A stretch of DNA of 64,000 nt from an uncultured Gammaproteobacteria bacterium (GCA_947258495.1 CAMYIN010000164.1:8111-72110), one strand, 5' to 3'; positions 1-10,978 are shown, counted from the first letter of the stretch. The notes: generated by a model not told the origin, from the letters alone. Numbers and translations: made by a program.

Positions 1-1
1 G

Positions 2-1159
2 CGTCGTATAAAGGGAGACAACGAAGCGCCCAGCGCCGCCTACGTCAAGGCGACTCTCCGGCGGCAAGGAATCCGCAAGGTCAAGGTGCGGAAGAAGCCA
101 AAGCCGCTGTTTTCGTTCAAGAAGACCATCAAGTCCAAAGACATTACCTTCGTCACCCGCCAGCTCTCGACCATGATCAGCGCCGGCATACCGGTTGCGC
201 AGTCCATTGATGCAATCGCCAGAGGGCACGAGCACGCCGGCGTCCATGACCTCCTGACCTCGATCCGGCAGGAGGTGGAATCCGGCACCAGCCTCAGCAG
301 TTCTCTCGCTCGATATCCCACGCACTTCGACCGCTTGTACACCGCTCTGGTGTCGGCGGGCGAACAATCGGGAACTTTGGACGTGCTGCTGGAGAAGGTG
401 GCGGCCTACAAGGAAAAGATCGAGGCGCTGAAAAGCAAGATCAAAGCCGCGATGATGTATCCCATCGCGGTACTTGTGGTCGCGGTCGTTGTCGTGGCCC
501 TGCTGCTCATCTTTGTCATTCCGCAGTTCGAACAGTTGTTCCGCAACTTCGGTGGAGAGCTGCCCACGCTGACCCAGACCATCGTGGACATGTCGCGATG
601 GTTTCAGAAATGGTGGCTGCTGTTCTTCGCTGTGACCGGTGGAGGCATCGGTGCGCTCCTCTACGTCTACAAACGATCGGAGAAGATGCAGTTCACGCTC
701 GACCGGTTGACGCTGAGGCTGCCGATATTCGGAGAGCTGTTGAAGAAAGCCACTATCGCCAGGTTTGCGCGCACCCTTTCCACCATGTTCGGCGCCGGGG
801 TCCCGCTGGTCGATGGGCTCGAATCCGTCGCCTCCGCATCGGGCAATCGCGTTTATTACAACGGCATCATGAATGTCCGCAGCGAAGTCAGCACCGGCCG
901 CACCCTGGAAACGTCCATGGCGCAGACCGGCTTGTTCCCGAGCATGGTGCTGCAGATGGTCTCCACCGGCGAGGAGTCCGGAGAATTGGAGCTCATGCTC
1001 AGCAAGATAGCCGAGTTCTATGAGCAGGAAGTGGACGACGCCGTCGCGTCCCTGAGCAGTCTGATCGAACCGCTGCTCATCGTGGTACTGGGCACCGTCA
1101 TCGGCACCATGGTAGTGGCGATGTACCTGCCCATCTTCAAGATGGCCGCGGTGTTCTAA
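2..1159 (+). CDS. pilC: Type IV pilus assembly platform protein PilC (GspF/T2SS-F family), 5' end cut by window edge
   Basis: Frame is open from nt 2 (RRIKGDNEAPSAAYVKATLRRQGIRKVKV precedes the listed GTG at 86). Duplicated T2SS-F domain with TM helices (MYPIAVLVVAVVVVALLLIFVIP; LLIVVLGTVIGTMVVAMYLPIF). Followed by pilD and coaE. Confidence 0.92.
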   Translation, partial: RRIKGDNEAPSAAYVKATLRRQGIRKVKVRKKPKPLFSFKKTIKSKDITFVTRQLSTMISAGIPVAQSIDAIARGHEHAGVHDLLTSIRQEVESGTSLSSSLARYPTHFDRLYTALVSAGEQSGTLDVLLEKVAAYKEKIEALKSKIKAAMMYPIAVLVVAVVVVALLLIFVIPQFEQLFRNFGGELPTLTQTIVDMSRWFQKWWLLFFAVTGGGIGALLYVYKRSEKMQFTLDRLTLRLPIFGELLKKATIARFARTLSTMFGAGVPLVDGLESVASASGNRVYYNGIMNVRSEVSTGRTLETSMAQTGLFPSMVLQMVSTGEESGELELMLSKIAEFYEQEVDDAVASLSSLIEPLLIVVLGTVIGTMVVAMYLPIFKMAAVF

Positions 1160-1227
1160 CTCATTCGTCGGCGCAACATCCCGATGCCGCGCTCCGGCCC
1201 CCGTACTCAAGACGCATAGACCCAGCC

Positions 1228-2097
1228 GTGCTGGAGATACTCTCTGCGAACACACCGTTATTCCTGGTGTGCGTAACGCTGTTGAGCCTGGCGGTGGGAA
1301 GTTTTCTCAATGTGGTGATTCATCGACTGCCCCTGATGCTGCAAGCGGCCTGGCGGGAACAGTGCCGGGAGGTGTTGGAACTCCCAAGTGAAAAACAGCC
1401 CCAGGACCAGCGGATTTCACTGCTACGCCCCCGTTCCCGCTGCCCGCACTGTGACGCTGCGATCAAGGCCCATCAAAACATTCCGTTACTCAGTTTCGCC
1501 TTACTTCGGGGTCGCTGCGCCCATTGCAAAAAACCGATATCGTGGCGTTATCCGGTAGTGGAAGCCTTGAGCGCCGCGCTGGCGTTCGTCGTTGCTTGGC
1601 GTCTCGGATTCGGCATGGCGACGGCTGGGGCGATATTGTTGACCTGGGGTTTAATCGCCCTGAGCTTCATCGATTTCGACCATCAAATTCTCCCCGACGT
1701 GATTACGTTGCCGCTTTTGTGGCTGGGGCTGTTATTAAATCTTGCTGAAGTGTTCACCGACATTCGCGCTGCCGTTATCGGCGCGATTGCGGGCTACGCG
1801 TTCCTGTGGCTGGTGTACCACGGTTTCCGCCTGCTGACCGGTAAAGAGGGCATGGGATACGGCGATTTCAAACTGTTCGCGCTTTTCGGCGCCTGGCTGG
1901 GGTGGCAGTCCCTGCCTCTGATCATCCTATTGTCGGCGTTTACCGGCGCCCTCATCGGCATCCTCCTCATCACGCTGCGTGGTCACGACCGCAATATACC
2001 GATTCCCTTCGGTCCTTATCTGTCCATCGCCGGTTGGATCGTACTCCTGTGGGGCGAAGAAATTACTCGCGCGTATCTCCAGTTCGCCCGCCTCTAG
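1228..2097 (+). CDS. pilD: Prepilin peptidase / N-methyltransferase PilD (A24 family)
   Basis: Cys pairs CPHC...CAHC in the cytoplasmic loop; catalytic Asp contexts FIDFDHQILPD and GMGYGDFKLF; polytopic membrane profile; position after pilC. Confidence 0.93.
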   Translation: MLEILSANTPLFLVCVTLLSLAVGSFLNVVIHRLPLMLQAAWREQCREVLELPSEKQPQDQRISLLRPRSRCPHCDAAIKAHQNIPLLSFALLRGRCAHCKKPISWRYPVVEALSAALAFVVAWRLGFGMATAGAILLTWGLIALSFIDFDHQILPDVITLPLLWLGLLLNLAEVFTDIRAAVIGAIAGYAFLWLVYHGFRLLTGKEGMGYGDFKLFALFGAWLGWQSLPLIILLSAFTGALIGILLITLRGHDRNIPIPFGPYLSIAGWIVLLWGEEITRAYLQFARL

Positions 2098-2247
2098 CCA
2101 CGCCCGGCAGCCACTCCGGACACGCTTTGCAGGGGTTTCTCCCCAGGCTCCAAGCGGTTCGAATTGGTCCGGTGTCGTGCCTCGCCTCGCGGTCCGATGA
2201 ACTCCGCAGATCGAGGAACGGAATTACCGCCGCCGGCCGTTGAATCT

Positions 2248-2392
2248 CCCGCGCTCATGCGCGGGGAAACATCCCGGCTACGCCGGGATGCATAGGACCC
2301 GGCCGTCTGTCGGCAGAACCGCGTCCAACCTCGTCCGTGGCCCGCACGCTAGCGTGCGGGCATCGCCTCCATCCCCGTGCTCACGCAGGGGG
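2248..2392. repeat. Cluster of GC-rich palindromic (REP/BIME-like) units
   Basis: CCCGCGC-TCAT-GCGCGGG (2248-2265); ATCCCGGC-TAC-GCCGGGAT (2271-2289); perfect 22-nt palindrome GCCCGCACGCTAGCGTGCGGGC (2340-2361); degenerate CCCCGTGC-TCAC-GCAGGGGG (2373-2392). Flanks match the unit at 39731-39780. Confidence 0.6.
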
Positions 2393-2643
2393 TTTCGTTC
2401 GGCGATAAACGTCAAACCGAGAATCGGAGTTGCGGCGGCGGCATGCCGACAGTGGACCTGCATGAAGATATTGACGGCGTGTGCGGCAGAGCGTTCCTCG
2501 CTCCAGCTTGCCCGAGAACATTCATCACGCACCATTCGCCCGCGCAACGTAATCCTGCCCCTGAGGTAGAATTACGTGTTCATGACTCTTTTTGCGCCAC
2601 CCGGGTGCGATAGGCGGACCCGAACCGGTACGTATATTCGCTC

Positions 2644-3306
2644 GTGAAGATCGACGAACAGAGGCAGAACGCTCGCAGCGAAACGCGCTTGCTGCGAATT
2701 GGGTTGACAGGCGGCATCGGCAGCGGCAAGAGCGTCGTCTCGGAGCGTTTCGAGAAACTCGGAGTGCCGGTTATCGACACCGACGTCATCGCCCGCGATC
2801 TTACCGCTCCCGAATCACCCGCGCTTGCGGAGATCGCCCGCGCGTTCGGCAGGGACATGATGCACGAAGGGAAACTGGACCGCGAGCGCCTGCGCCGCCT
2901 CGTGTTCAGCCAAGACGAAGCGCGGCGCCGACTGGAGGAGATTCTCCATCCCCGCATCCGCGCAGAGGTGGAACGACGCACGGCGGCGCTGACCGCGCCC
3001 TACTGCGTCGTCGTCGTGCCGCTTATGGTGGAGACCGATTTCCAGGACACCGTGGACAGGATCCTCGTGGTCTCGGCTCCCCAGGAAAAACGCATGCAGT
3101 GGCTCGAACAAAGAGATGGGCTCGGCACCGAGGACATCGAACGGATTTTCTCCGCCCAAGCCACCGACCGACAACGCGAGGCCATCGCCGACGACATCAT
3201 TTACAACGACAGCAATATAGAAGCCCTGCTGCGGCAGGTCGACGAGCTGCACCGCCGCTATTCGCGTTTGGCAAGCGCGCGACCGGTTACTCCCAAGCGC
3301 CGCTGA
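2644..3306 (+). CDS. coaE: Dephospho-CoA kinase
   Basis: P-loop GLTGGIGSGKS; CoaE-family length; classic position after pilD. The listed GTG start gives an ~18-aa N-terminal extension, so the true start may lie a few codons downstream. Confidence 0.9.
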   Translation: MKIDEQRQNARSETRLLRIGLTGGIGSGKSVVSERFEKLGVPVIDTDVIARDLTAPESPALAEIARAFGRDMMHEGKLDRERLRRLVFSQDEARRRLEEILHPRIRAEVERRTAALTAPYCVVVVPLMVETDFQDTVDRILVVSAPQEKRMQWLEQRDGLGTEDIERIFSAQATDRQREAIADDIIYNDSNIEALLRQVDELHRRYSRLASARPVTPKRR

Positions 3307-4249
3307 TCATGGCGATGCCCCGGGCGCCCGCTAGTTGCGCCCGTGGCAGGTCGCGGTCTCGCATCCCGCCGATCGCGTACACGGGCAGTTGCGTGAGACG
3401 AGAGAGTTCTCGAAACCGCTCCCAACCGATCGGCGCCGACCCGGGATGGGATTCCGTTCGGGAAACCGGACCGAGGACCACGAAATCCACCTGGATGGCT
3501 TCGGCGCGCCGAATCTCGGCCTCGTCGTGGCACGACGCCGCGACCCAGTAGGGCTCGGGCAAGGGGCGGTGGTCATGGTCACGCAGCCGCACTGCGGCGA
3601 GGTGCACGCCGTCGGCTCCCAGCGCCTGCACGGTCTCGATGTCGGCGTTGAGCAGCACCTTGGCCCCCCGGCGTCGACACCGGTGCAGCACTTCCTGGAC
3701 AAAATCGCGGTACGCCGCGCGCGTCAGAGATCTTTCCCGGACCTGGATCAATCCACGGTGGCCCGGAATCGAGTCCAGCATTCGCAAGATACGATCTTCC
3801 CCGAAGCGATCCGCGCCGGTAATCAAATATCGCTCCGGCAATTGCAGAATACGTACTATGGGGCGGTTGCCTTCCAGAAGCGCGATCTTGTCGAGATCAC
3901 CGGGACTGAGCCATTGTAATGCCTGTCCTTCGCACCCCCGCGGCTCGCCACAGTAACTCGTCACCCGCAACACATGAAGTGTCACCTGGCGGTCGACGTA
4001 ATCGTGTTGCACCGTGAGCAACGGTTCGGTGCGGCCGACCCGTATCCCCAATTCCTCTTCCAGCTCGCGCTGCAAGGCCTGTTCCACGGTTTCGTGGCGC
4101 TCCAGTTTGCCCCCGGGAAACTCCCATTGGGCGAAGTACCGATCGGCGCGGGTTCTCTGTGCAACCAGTACCCGCCCGTATCCGTCTGTGAGTATCCCCG
4201 CGGCGACGGCGATGCGGTCAGGTGCGATATTCGGCGTTGATGCGGACAT
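3287..4249 (-). CDS. Bifunctional Nudix hydrolase (MutT-like) / thiamine-phosphate-synthase-like (TMP-TENI) domain protein
   Basis: Nudix box GGKLERHETVEQALQRELEEELG in the N-terminal half; C-terminal ThiE-like TIM-barrel region (VYAIGGM...GIAMISG). The same fusion lies beside argJ-secA in pseudomonads. Confidence 0.8.
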   Translation of the reverse strand: MSASTPNIAPDRIAVAAGILTDGYGRVLVAQRTRADRYFAQWEFPGGKLERHETVEQALQRELEEELGIRVGRTEPLLTVQHDYVDRQVTLHVLRVTSYCGEPRGCEGQALQWLSPGDLDKIALLEGNRPIVRILQLPERYLITGADRFGEDRILRMLDSIPGHRGLIQVRERSLTRAAYRDFVQEVLHRCRRRGAKVLLNADIETVQALGADGVHLAAVRLRDHDHRPLPEPYWVAASCHDEAEIRRAEAIQVDFVVLGPVSRTESHPGSAPIGWERFRELSRLTQLPVYAIGGMRDRDLPRAQLAGARGIAMISGAWE

Positions 4250-5426
4250 ATTCCGTGGACAGATCGCAGGTCCAAATCACTTCGCGCTTATCGCCGGCGC
4301 CGAGATCGATACAGACACGCAGATCTTCTTGCGCCATCACCGCCTGACCCGCCGCTTCGTTGTAGCTCGGCGCGACATCACCGTTATGGACGATGGGCTG
4401 GTCATTGATATGGATGCTCACGTGTTGAATATCCAGTGTCGGAACAACGGCGCGCCCGACCGCCGCCAGAATGCGCCCCCAGTTTGCGTCACTGGCGTAG
4501 AACGCGGTCTTCACAAGCGGAGAGTGTGCGACGGTGTAGGCGACCTGAAGACAGTCTTTCTCGGTTGCGCCGCCGCTGACGGCTATTTCGACAAACTTCG
4601 TACCCCCTTCCGCATCGCGCACGATGGCGTGCGCCAACGCCGTCGCCGCCGACTGAACGGCTTGCGCGAGTTGCGGATACGCGGCGTCATCGGTGCGGGC
4701 GATCTCCGGATGACCGGCCGCCCCGGTTGCGAGCAGGACACAGGCGTCGTTTGTGGAGGTATCTCCGTCGACCGTAATGCGGTTGAAGCTCCGTGCCACG
4801 GCCTGCCGCAGGCAGCTGTCCAGAACTTCCCGCCGCACCGAGGCGTCGGTGGCGATGAAAGCGAGCATGGTTGCCATGTCGGGACGAATCATGCCCGCCC
4901 CCTTGGCGATCCCGGTTACCGTGACCGCGCGGCCATGCAGCTCTGTCCGGACCGAAACGCCTTTCGGCATGGTGTCGGTGGTCATGATGGCATGCGCGGC
5001 GTCCAGCCAGGCGTCGGCGCGCAGATTACCCGCGCACGGCTCCACCGCCTCCACCATGGCTTCCACCGGCAGCAGTTCGCCGATGACGCCCGTGGAGAAC
5101 GGCAGTACCTCTTCTGCGCTTATCCCGAGTGCGCGCGCCGCCGCCTCGCAAACCCGCCACGCGTCCCGGTAACCCCGTTCCCCGGTGCCGGCATTTGCGC
5201 AACCGCTGTTTACGATCAGTGCTCGCGGGGAGGTCTTGTTCAGATTCATGCGCGCCAGCCGCACCGGAGCGGCCTGAAAGCGATTCTGCGTGAACACAAC
5301 AGCGGTCTGCGTGCCGGGTGAACAATCGAGGATCGCGATGTCGTCCCGCTTCGATCGACGAATACCGGCGGACGCGGTGCCCCAACGTATCCCGGTCACC
5401 GGCAGCAGTGACGGCGGCGAACTCAT
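4218..5426 (-). CDS. argJ: Bifunctional glutamate N-acetyltransferase / amino-acid acetyltransferase ArgJ
   Basis: ArgJ autoprocessing region GMIRPDMATMLAFIATDA; full-length 402 aa; adjacent to secA. Confidence 0.93.
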   Translation of the reverse strand: MSSPPSLLPVTGIRWGTASAGIRRSKRDDIAILDCSPGTQTAVVFTQNRFQAAPVRLARMNLNKTSPRALIVNSGCANAGTGERGYRDAWRVCEAAARALGISAEEVLPFSTGVIGELLPVEAMVEAVEPCAGNLRADAWLDAAHAIMTTDTMPKGVSVRTELHGRAVTVTGIAKGAGMIRPDMATMLAFIATDASVRREVLDSCLRQAVARSFNRITVDGDTSTNDACVLLATGAAGHPEIARTDDAAYPQLAQAVQSAATALAHAIVRDAEGGTKFVEIAVSGGATEKDCLQVAYTVAHSPLVKTAFYASDANWGRILAAVGRAVVPTLDIQHVSIHINDQPIVHNGDVAPSYNEAAGQAVMAQEDLRVCIDLGAGDKREVIWTCDLSTEYVRINAEYRT

Positions 5427-5468
5427 GCCGATTGGCGCTGCGACGGCAACCGGATCGGACGCGCTCGA

Positions 5469-8189
5469 TCAGGCGTTGAGCCGGCCATGACATTGCTTGT
5501 ATTTCTTGCCCGAACCGCAGGGACACGGTTCGTTGCGACCGATTTTACGGCCGTCTCGGACGTAGGGCTTTTTCGTCGGCTTGACCGCGACATCTCCGGA
5601 ACGCTCCTCTTCCATCTGCGCGTGCCCCCCCATTTCCGGATGAATGAATTCCATCCGTTGTTGGCTGCGTTGTTGCGCCTCCATTTGTTCCACCTCGCTT
5701 TCCGCGCGGATCTGGATCTTGGACAGGATCGTGATGACATCGTGTTTCACCCGCGCCAGCAGGTCCTGAAACATCTCGAAGGCCTCGCGCTTGTACTCCT
5801 GCTTCGGGTTCTTCTGCGCGTAACCACGCAAGCCTATACCTTGGCGAAGATGATCCATCATCGCCAGATGCTCCTTCCATTGGCCGTCCAGGACCTGCAA
5901 CATCACCGCCTTTTCCAAGTGCCGCATCACGGGCTCGCCGACCTCTTGCGTCTTGTCTTCGTAGGCCTTCTCGATCGCCGCCAGAATGCGTTCCCGCAGG
6001 GTCTCCTCGTGCAACTCGGAATCCTCGTCCAACCATTGCTTTATCGGGACCTTGAGCCCGAACTCGCCTTCCAGATCGTGTTCCAACCCATCGATGTCCC
6101 ACTGTTCCTCGAGGCTCTGCGGTGGCACACTGCGATTGATCACGCTATCCACGACCTGGCGTCGCATGGCAATGACGTTGGCGGAAATATCGTCGATATC
6201 CATGAGCCGGTTACGCTCTTCGTAAACGATCTTGCGCTGTTCGTTGGCGACGTCGTCGTATTCGAGCAGCTGCTTGCGGATGTCGAAATTTCGACCCTCA
6301 ACCTTGCGCTGGGCGTTTTCTATGGCGCGGGTCACCCAGGGATGCTCGATGGCCTCTCCCTCCTCCATACCGAGTTTCTGCATCAAACCGGAAACCCGAT
6401 CGGAGCCGAATATGCGCATCAGGTTGTCTTCCAAAGACAGGTAAAAACGCGAGGAGCCCGGATCGCCCTGCCGCCCGGAGCGTCCGCGGAGCTGATTGTC
6501 GATGCGCCGGGATTCGTGCCGCTCGGTTCCTACGACGTGCAGACCTCCGGCGGCGACCACCTGGTCGTGGCGTTCCTGCCACGCCGCTCGCGTCTTCGCC
6601 GCCGCCTCCGCGTCGTCACCCAGTTCCTTGAGTTCCATCTCCAGATTGCCTCCCAATACGATGTCCGTACCGCGCCCCGCCATGTTGGTGGCGATGGTTA
6701 TCGATCCCGGCTGCCCCGCCTGCGCGATGATGTGCGCCTCCCTTTCGTGCTGCTTGGCGTTCAACACCTCGTGTTTGAGTTTTTCCTTGTCCAGCAATCC
6801 GGCCAGCAATTCCGACGCCTCGATGGAGGCGGTCCCCATCAAGACCGGCTGTCCACGTTCGTGGCATTCGCGCACACCCTCTATGATCGCCTCCAGCTTC
6901 TCTTTCATGGTTCGATAGACGAGGTCCGGCCGATCGTCTCTGATCATTTCCTTGTCGGTCGGTATCACCACCACTTCCAATCCGTAGATCTGCTGAAATT
7001 CCGAGGCTTCTGTGTCTGCGGTCCCGGTCATACCGGCGAGCTTGTCGTAGAGACGGAAATAGTTCTGAAAGGTGATCGACGCCAGCGTCTGATTCTCCTG
7101 CTGCACCTTGGCGCCTTCCTTTGCTTCGACCGCCTGGTGCAGGCCCTCGGACCAACGCCGCCCGGGCATCATACGACCGGTAAATTCATCGATAATGATC
7201 ACCTGGTCGTCGCGAACGATGTAGTCCACGTCCCTTTGAAACAAAGTGTGGGCGCGCAAAGCAGCAATGAGGTGATGCAGCAAGGTGATGTTGGTAACGT
7301 CGTACAAACTGCTGTCTTCATCCAACAGGCCCGCCTTCTCGAGTAGACGCTCCGAAGTTTCGTGCCCCTCTTCGGTAAGAAAGACCTGCTTGTTCTTTTC
7401 ATCGACGCTGTAGTCGCCGGGTCCGTCCTCGCTTTCCTGCCGGGTCAAATGAGGAATGATCTTGTTCACCTTCCCATAGAGGTCCGTGCTTTCCTCCGCG
7501 GGGCCCGAAATTATCAAGGGGGTGCGCGCTTCGTCGATGAGAATCGAATCGACCTCGTCTACGACGGCGTAGTGCAGACCCCGCTGTACGCGATCCTCGG
7601 CCGAAAAGGCCATGTTGTCGCGCAGATAGTCGAATCCAAATTCGTTGTTGGTGCCATAAACGATGTCCGACGAATACGCTTCGCGCTTGGACTCCGGGTC
7701 CTGTCCGGTGGTGACGACACCCACCGACAGCCCCAGAAAATGATAGATCTTGCCCATCCACTCTGCGTCGCGACGAGCCAGATAGTCATTAACGGTGATG
7801 ATATGCACCGACTTCCCGCCTACACTGTTCAGATAAGCGGGCAAGGTCGCCACCAATGTTTTTCCTTCACCGGTACGCATCTCGGCTATCTTGCCTTCGT
7901 GCAGCACCATGCCCCCTATGATCTGCATGTCGAAATGCCGCATCGCCAATGTACGTTTGGCGACTTCGCGCACCACCGCGAAGGCCTCCGACAGCAGCGA
8001 TTCCAACGATTGTCCTTCTTCTATGCGGCTTCTGAATTCGTCGGTTTTCGCCGCCAGTTCGTCGTCCGACAGCGCGCTTATCTGACTTTCCAGCGCGTTG
8101 ACCTCGCCGACGGTCTTCGACATCTGCCGAATCAAACGTTCGTTTCGGGTACCGAAGACTTTTTTCAGGAGCGATCCGATCATCACCAA
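5469..8189 (-). CDS. secA: Preprotein translocase ATPase SecA
   Basis: 906 aa; Walker [10 protein letters not shown]; DEAD-like [20 protein letters not shown]; C-terminal zinc finger [14 protein letters not shown]. Confidence 0.98.
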   Translation of the reverse strand: MVMIGSLLKKVFGTRNERLIRQMSKTVGEVNALESQISALSDDELAAKTDEFRSRIEEGQSLESLLSEAFAVVREVAKRTLAMRHFDMQIIGGMVLHEGKIAEMRTGEGKTLVATLPAYLNSVGGKSVHIITVNDYLARRDAEWMGKIYHFLGLSVGVVTTGQDPESKREAYSSDIVYGTNNEFGFDYLRDNMAFSAEDRVQRGLHYAVVDEVDSILIDEARTPLIISGPAEESTDLYGKVNKIIPHLTRQESEDGPGDYSVDEKNKQVFLTEEGHETSERLLEKAGLLDEDSSLYDVTNITLLHHLIAALRAHTLFQRDVDYIVRDDQVIIIDEFTGRMMPGRRWSEGLHQAVEAKEGAKVQQENQTLASITFQNYFRLYDKLAGMTGTADTEASEFQQIYGLEVVVIPTDKEMIRDDRPDLVYRTMKEKLEAIIEGVRECHERGQPVLMGTASIEASELLAGLLDKEKLKHEVLNAKQHEREAHIIAQAGQPGSITIATNMAGRGTDIVLGGNLEMELKELGDDAEAAAKTRAAWQERHDQVVAAGGLHVVGTERHESRRIDNQLRGRSGRQGDPGSSRFYLSLEDNLMRIFGSDRVSGLMQKLGMEEGEAIEHPWVTRAIENAQRKVEGRNFDIRKQLLEYDDVANEQRKIVYEERNRLMDIDDISANVIAMRRQVVDSVINRSVPPQSLEEQWDIDGLEHDLEGEFGLKVPIKQWLDEDSELHEETLRERILAAIEKAYEDKTQEVGEPVMRHLEKAVMLQVLDGQWKEHLAMMDHLRQGIGLRGYAQKNPKQEYKREAFEMFQDLLARVKHDVITILSKIQIRAESEVEQMEAQQRSQQRMEFIHPEMGGHAQMEEERSGDVAVKPTKKPYVRDGRKIGRNEPCPCGSGKKYKQCHGRLNA

Positions 8190-8311
8190 TCCTTAAATTG
8201 ACATTCCAACAGATGTAAAGATGTTAGGAAAAGCAGAGTATGAAGGCTTTGCGGCCCTATGAAAACTCCCTCGGGCCAGGAAGATCGGGCGCAGTTCCGC
8301 TGTTGAATTCC

Positions 8312-9247
8312 TCAGCCGGAAGCCTTGAGATAACGTCGGGGATTCACCGTTCGATCGTTGAGCAAGACCTCGAAATGCAGATGGGGTCCTGTGGAGCGCC
8401 CGCTGTTTCCCACCACCGCGATTATCTGTCCCTTTTCCACACGGTCTCCCGCTTGAACGACCGCCGCCAGTGCGTGCGCGTAGCGCGTAGTGTATCCATT
8501 GCCATGATTGATCTCGACCATCAACCCGTATGCCGGCTTCACGCCCGCATGCGTAACAACGCCCTCCGCCACCGCCTTGATCGGCCCGCCGGCGTTGCCG
8601 GCGATGTCCACGCCTCCGTGAAACTCGCGACGCCCCGTGAACGGATCGGTCCGGTAACCGTAGCCGGACGACAGCCAACCATCGTCGATGGGCCAACCTC
8701 TGGGAAACTGCCTCCCGTGCAGGGTACGATCCATCAACAGCGACTGCAGCACCCGCAATTCTTCGTATTTTTCCTGCAGCCGGCGCTCGAGTCGGTCAAA
8801 CGACTGCATGAATTGGGTCTCTGCGCGATCTTGCACGCCGCTCTGCGGTTCCGGACCACCCAGCGCAGGCTCCTCGTCGAAATCGAACTCGCTCGGATCG
8901 AGCCCCGCCATCTCGGTAAGTCGTTGACCCAATGCGTTGATGCGGGACACCTGGGCATGCAACCGGCCGAGGTTGCGTCCCAGTGCGTCGAGGTGATCCG
9001 CGACTTCGGTTCTGGCCTGGGCGATCTTGCTCCGTTGCGTCTGCAGTTCCTTTTCTATCAAGTTTCCGTAGTCGGGTTGAGTAGTCGCGGTTTCAAACGC
9101 GGATCTATCGCTTAGGTAGAAACCCGCGACCCCGGCAAGGACCGGTAACACGCCCACCACGGAAATTGTCAGCAATCGCACTTGCCGCCGACTCAAGCTG
9201 ATGCTGCGGCGCTTACCGGTATCACTGGGTACTAAGATAATACGCAT
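8312..9247 (-). CDS. M23 family metallopeptidase (membrane-anchored, coiled-coil plus LytM domain)
   Basis: N-terminal TM segment; coiled-coil region; LytM motifs FHGGVDIAG and GPHLHFEV. Confidence 0.88.
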   Translation of the reverse strand: MRIILVPSDTGKRRSISLSRRQVRLLTISVVGVLPVLAGVAGFYLSDRSAFETATTQPDYGNLIEKELQTQRSKIAQARTEVADHLDALGRNLGRLHAQVSRINALGQRLTEMAGLDPSEFDFDEEPALGGPEPQSGVQDRAETQFMQSFDRLERRLQEKYEELRVLQSLLMDRTLHGRQFPRGWPIDDGWLSSGYGYRTDPFTGRREFHGGVDIAGNAGGPIKAVAEGVVTHAGVKPAYGLMVEINHGNGYTTRYAHALAAVVQAGDRVEKGQIIAVVGNSGRSTGPHLHFEVLLNDRTVNPRRYLKASG

Positions 9248-9293
9248 ACGCTGAGGCGACCGTTCTCTGTATACTTAATATCTATAAACGCCC

Positions 9294-9752
9294 ATGCCGT
9301 CGTCAAACAACACAAAGACGTTTCGCCCGCTCGGAAACCTGCTGAAACCCTGTCAGGTGGCGGGCGTTACCCTATTCAGCGTGATCGAGCAGCTGCAATC
9401 CATTGAAAAAATATGGCGTAACGTAGTCTCGCCGGATCTGGCCGAACACAGCAGACCCACCCACTACGCCGACGGCCAGGTAACCGTGTGCGCAGATTCG
9501 CCGGTTTGGGCAAGCAACATCCGGCATCACCAGGTCTCATTCCTGCGACTCCTGCGCGCACGCGGCATGTCCGACGTTCGTTCCTTGCGCGTGCGCGTTT
9601 CGCCCGTCATACCACCTCCCAAGGCCAGCCCGCCCGTGCGCGACAGGACGCCACTCCATGTCGTGCGAGCAATCCGTTCCTCGGCCAACGCCATGCCGGA
9701 CGGGGAACTTCGAACCGCCCTGTTAAAGCTTAGCAAAGCGTTGCGCAGCTAG
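9294..9752 (+). CDS. DUF721 (DciA-like) domain protein
   Basis: Core WRNVVSPDLAEHSRPTHYADGQVTVCADSPVWASNIRHHQVSFLRLL fits the DUF721 pattern. Conserved position between the M23 peptidase and lpxC. Confidence 0.65.
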   Translation: MPSSNNTKTFRPLGNLLKPCQVAGVTLFSVIEQLQSIEKIWRNVVSPDLAEHSRPTHYADGQVTVCADSPVWASNIRHHQVSFLRLLRARGMSDVRSLRVRVSPVIPPPKASPPVRDRTPLHVVRAIRSSANAMPDGELRTALLKLSKALRS

Positions 9753-9927
9753 CACTCCCGCCGGCGGAAATTCGGCCCCGGGGCCCGGCCATCGCTTCTC
9801 GATGACCAACCTCTGCCCGCCAGATCGCCACGATTCCCGGTACTGCAAACGTCCGTCGCGGCGCCAACCCCTCGTCCCAGCGGCAGCTCAGCGAGAGCCG
9901 TGCAGGCGAAGCGAGGCCACAGAAATC

Positions 9928-10842
9928 CTACAAAGTCGCGGGAACCGTGCGAACGAACGCTATCGGCGCCTCTTCAGGATCATCGAACGAGACCAGCTCC
10001 CAGGCCGACTTGTCACGACACAACATGCGCAACAATTGATTGTTCAACGCGTGTCCCGATTTGTAGGCGCTGAAGGCACCTATGAGAGGATGGCCGAGCA
10101 GATACAGATCGCCGATGGCGTCCAAGATCTTGTGCTTTACGAATTCGTCCTCGTAACGCAGGCCATCGTCGTTCAATATGTGATAAGAATCCATGACGAT
10201 AGCGTTATCCAAGCTGCCTCCGCGGGCCAGCCCTGCTTCGCGCAGTGCCTCGAGGTCCTGCATGAAACCGAAGGTACGTGCGCGACTGACTTCTTTCACG
10301 AAGGACGTCGTGGAAAAATCCACGCTCGCCTGTTGGGTATAATTACTGAATATCGGGTGATTGAAATCGATCGCGAAAGACACTTTGAATCCATCGAGAG
10401 GGTCAAATCTTACCCACTTGTCTCCCTCCTCTATCGCGACCTTCTTGGTGATGCGAATAAATTTTTTCGGAACCGACTGTTCCTCTATGCCCGCAGACTG
10501 GATCAGAAAGACGAAGGGTCCTGCGCTCCCATCCATGATGGGAACCTCGCCCGCGGTCAGATCGACGTAGGCGTTGTCCACGCCCAGCCCGGCGAACGCG
10601 GACATCAAATGCTCGACGGTGGAAATCTTTACGCCTTGGTTCTCCAGCGTGGTGGACAATCGGGTGTCGCCGACGAATTCGGAACGCGCCGGGACCTCAA
10701 TGGGCGGATCCAAATCGACGCGCCGGAAGACAATACCCGTGTCGGGAGCAGCGGGTCTCAGCGTTAGATAGACTTTGTCACCAGTATGAAGTCCGACTCC
10801 GGTGGCTCGGATAACGTTCTTAAGCGTGCGTTGCTTGATCAT
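9928..10842 (-). CDS. lpxC: UDP-3-O-acyl-N-acetylglucosamine deacetylase LpxC
   Basis: [25 protein letters not shown]-terminus; [10 protein letters not shown] motif. Start moved to the ATG at 10842 (listed ORF starts 11 codons upstream at 10875). Confidence 0.95.
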   Translation of the reverse strand: MIKQRTLKNVIRATGVGLHTGDKVYLTLRPAAPDTGIVFRRVDLDPPIEVPARSEFVGDTRLSTTLENQGVKISTVEHLMSAFAGLGVDNAYVDLTAGEVPIMDGSAGPFVFLIQSAGIEEQSVPKKFIRITKKVAIEEGDKWVRFDPLDGFKVSFAIDFNHPIFSNYTQQASVDFSTTSFVKEVSRARTFGFMQDLEALREAGLARGGSLDNAIVMDSYHILNDDGLRYEDEFVKHKILDAIGDLYLLGHPLIGAFSAYKSGHALNNQLLRMLCRDKSAWELVSFDDPEEAPIAFVRTVPATL

Positions 10843-10978
10843 TGGATTTTTTTTGAGCCTGTTATTATGCGACACGCAGCCGTCCTTAGGCTGAGATCAG
10901 GCTGGGAAATGCCCCTCCCCAAGTCGGCGCATCGTACACGATTCTAATGTCTTTGTGTAGTCACTGTCTCGTTCCCCG

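Noticed and set aside
2150-2180. GGTTCGAAT, a tRNA T-loop-like string
   Set aside because: The flanking bases cannot form a T-stem (AGCGG versus TGGTC), and no acceptor or anticodon arms can be drawn.
2248-2392. Possible degenerate CRISPR array. The palindromic core CCCCGCG...CGCGGGG resembles type I-E repeats.
   Set aside because: The units are not identical. Spacing is irregular (about 89 and 35 nt centre to centre, not about 61). There are only 3-4 units, no cas genes are in the window, and a related single unit occurs alone at 39742-39761. A REP/BIME-like interpretation fits better.
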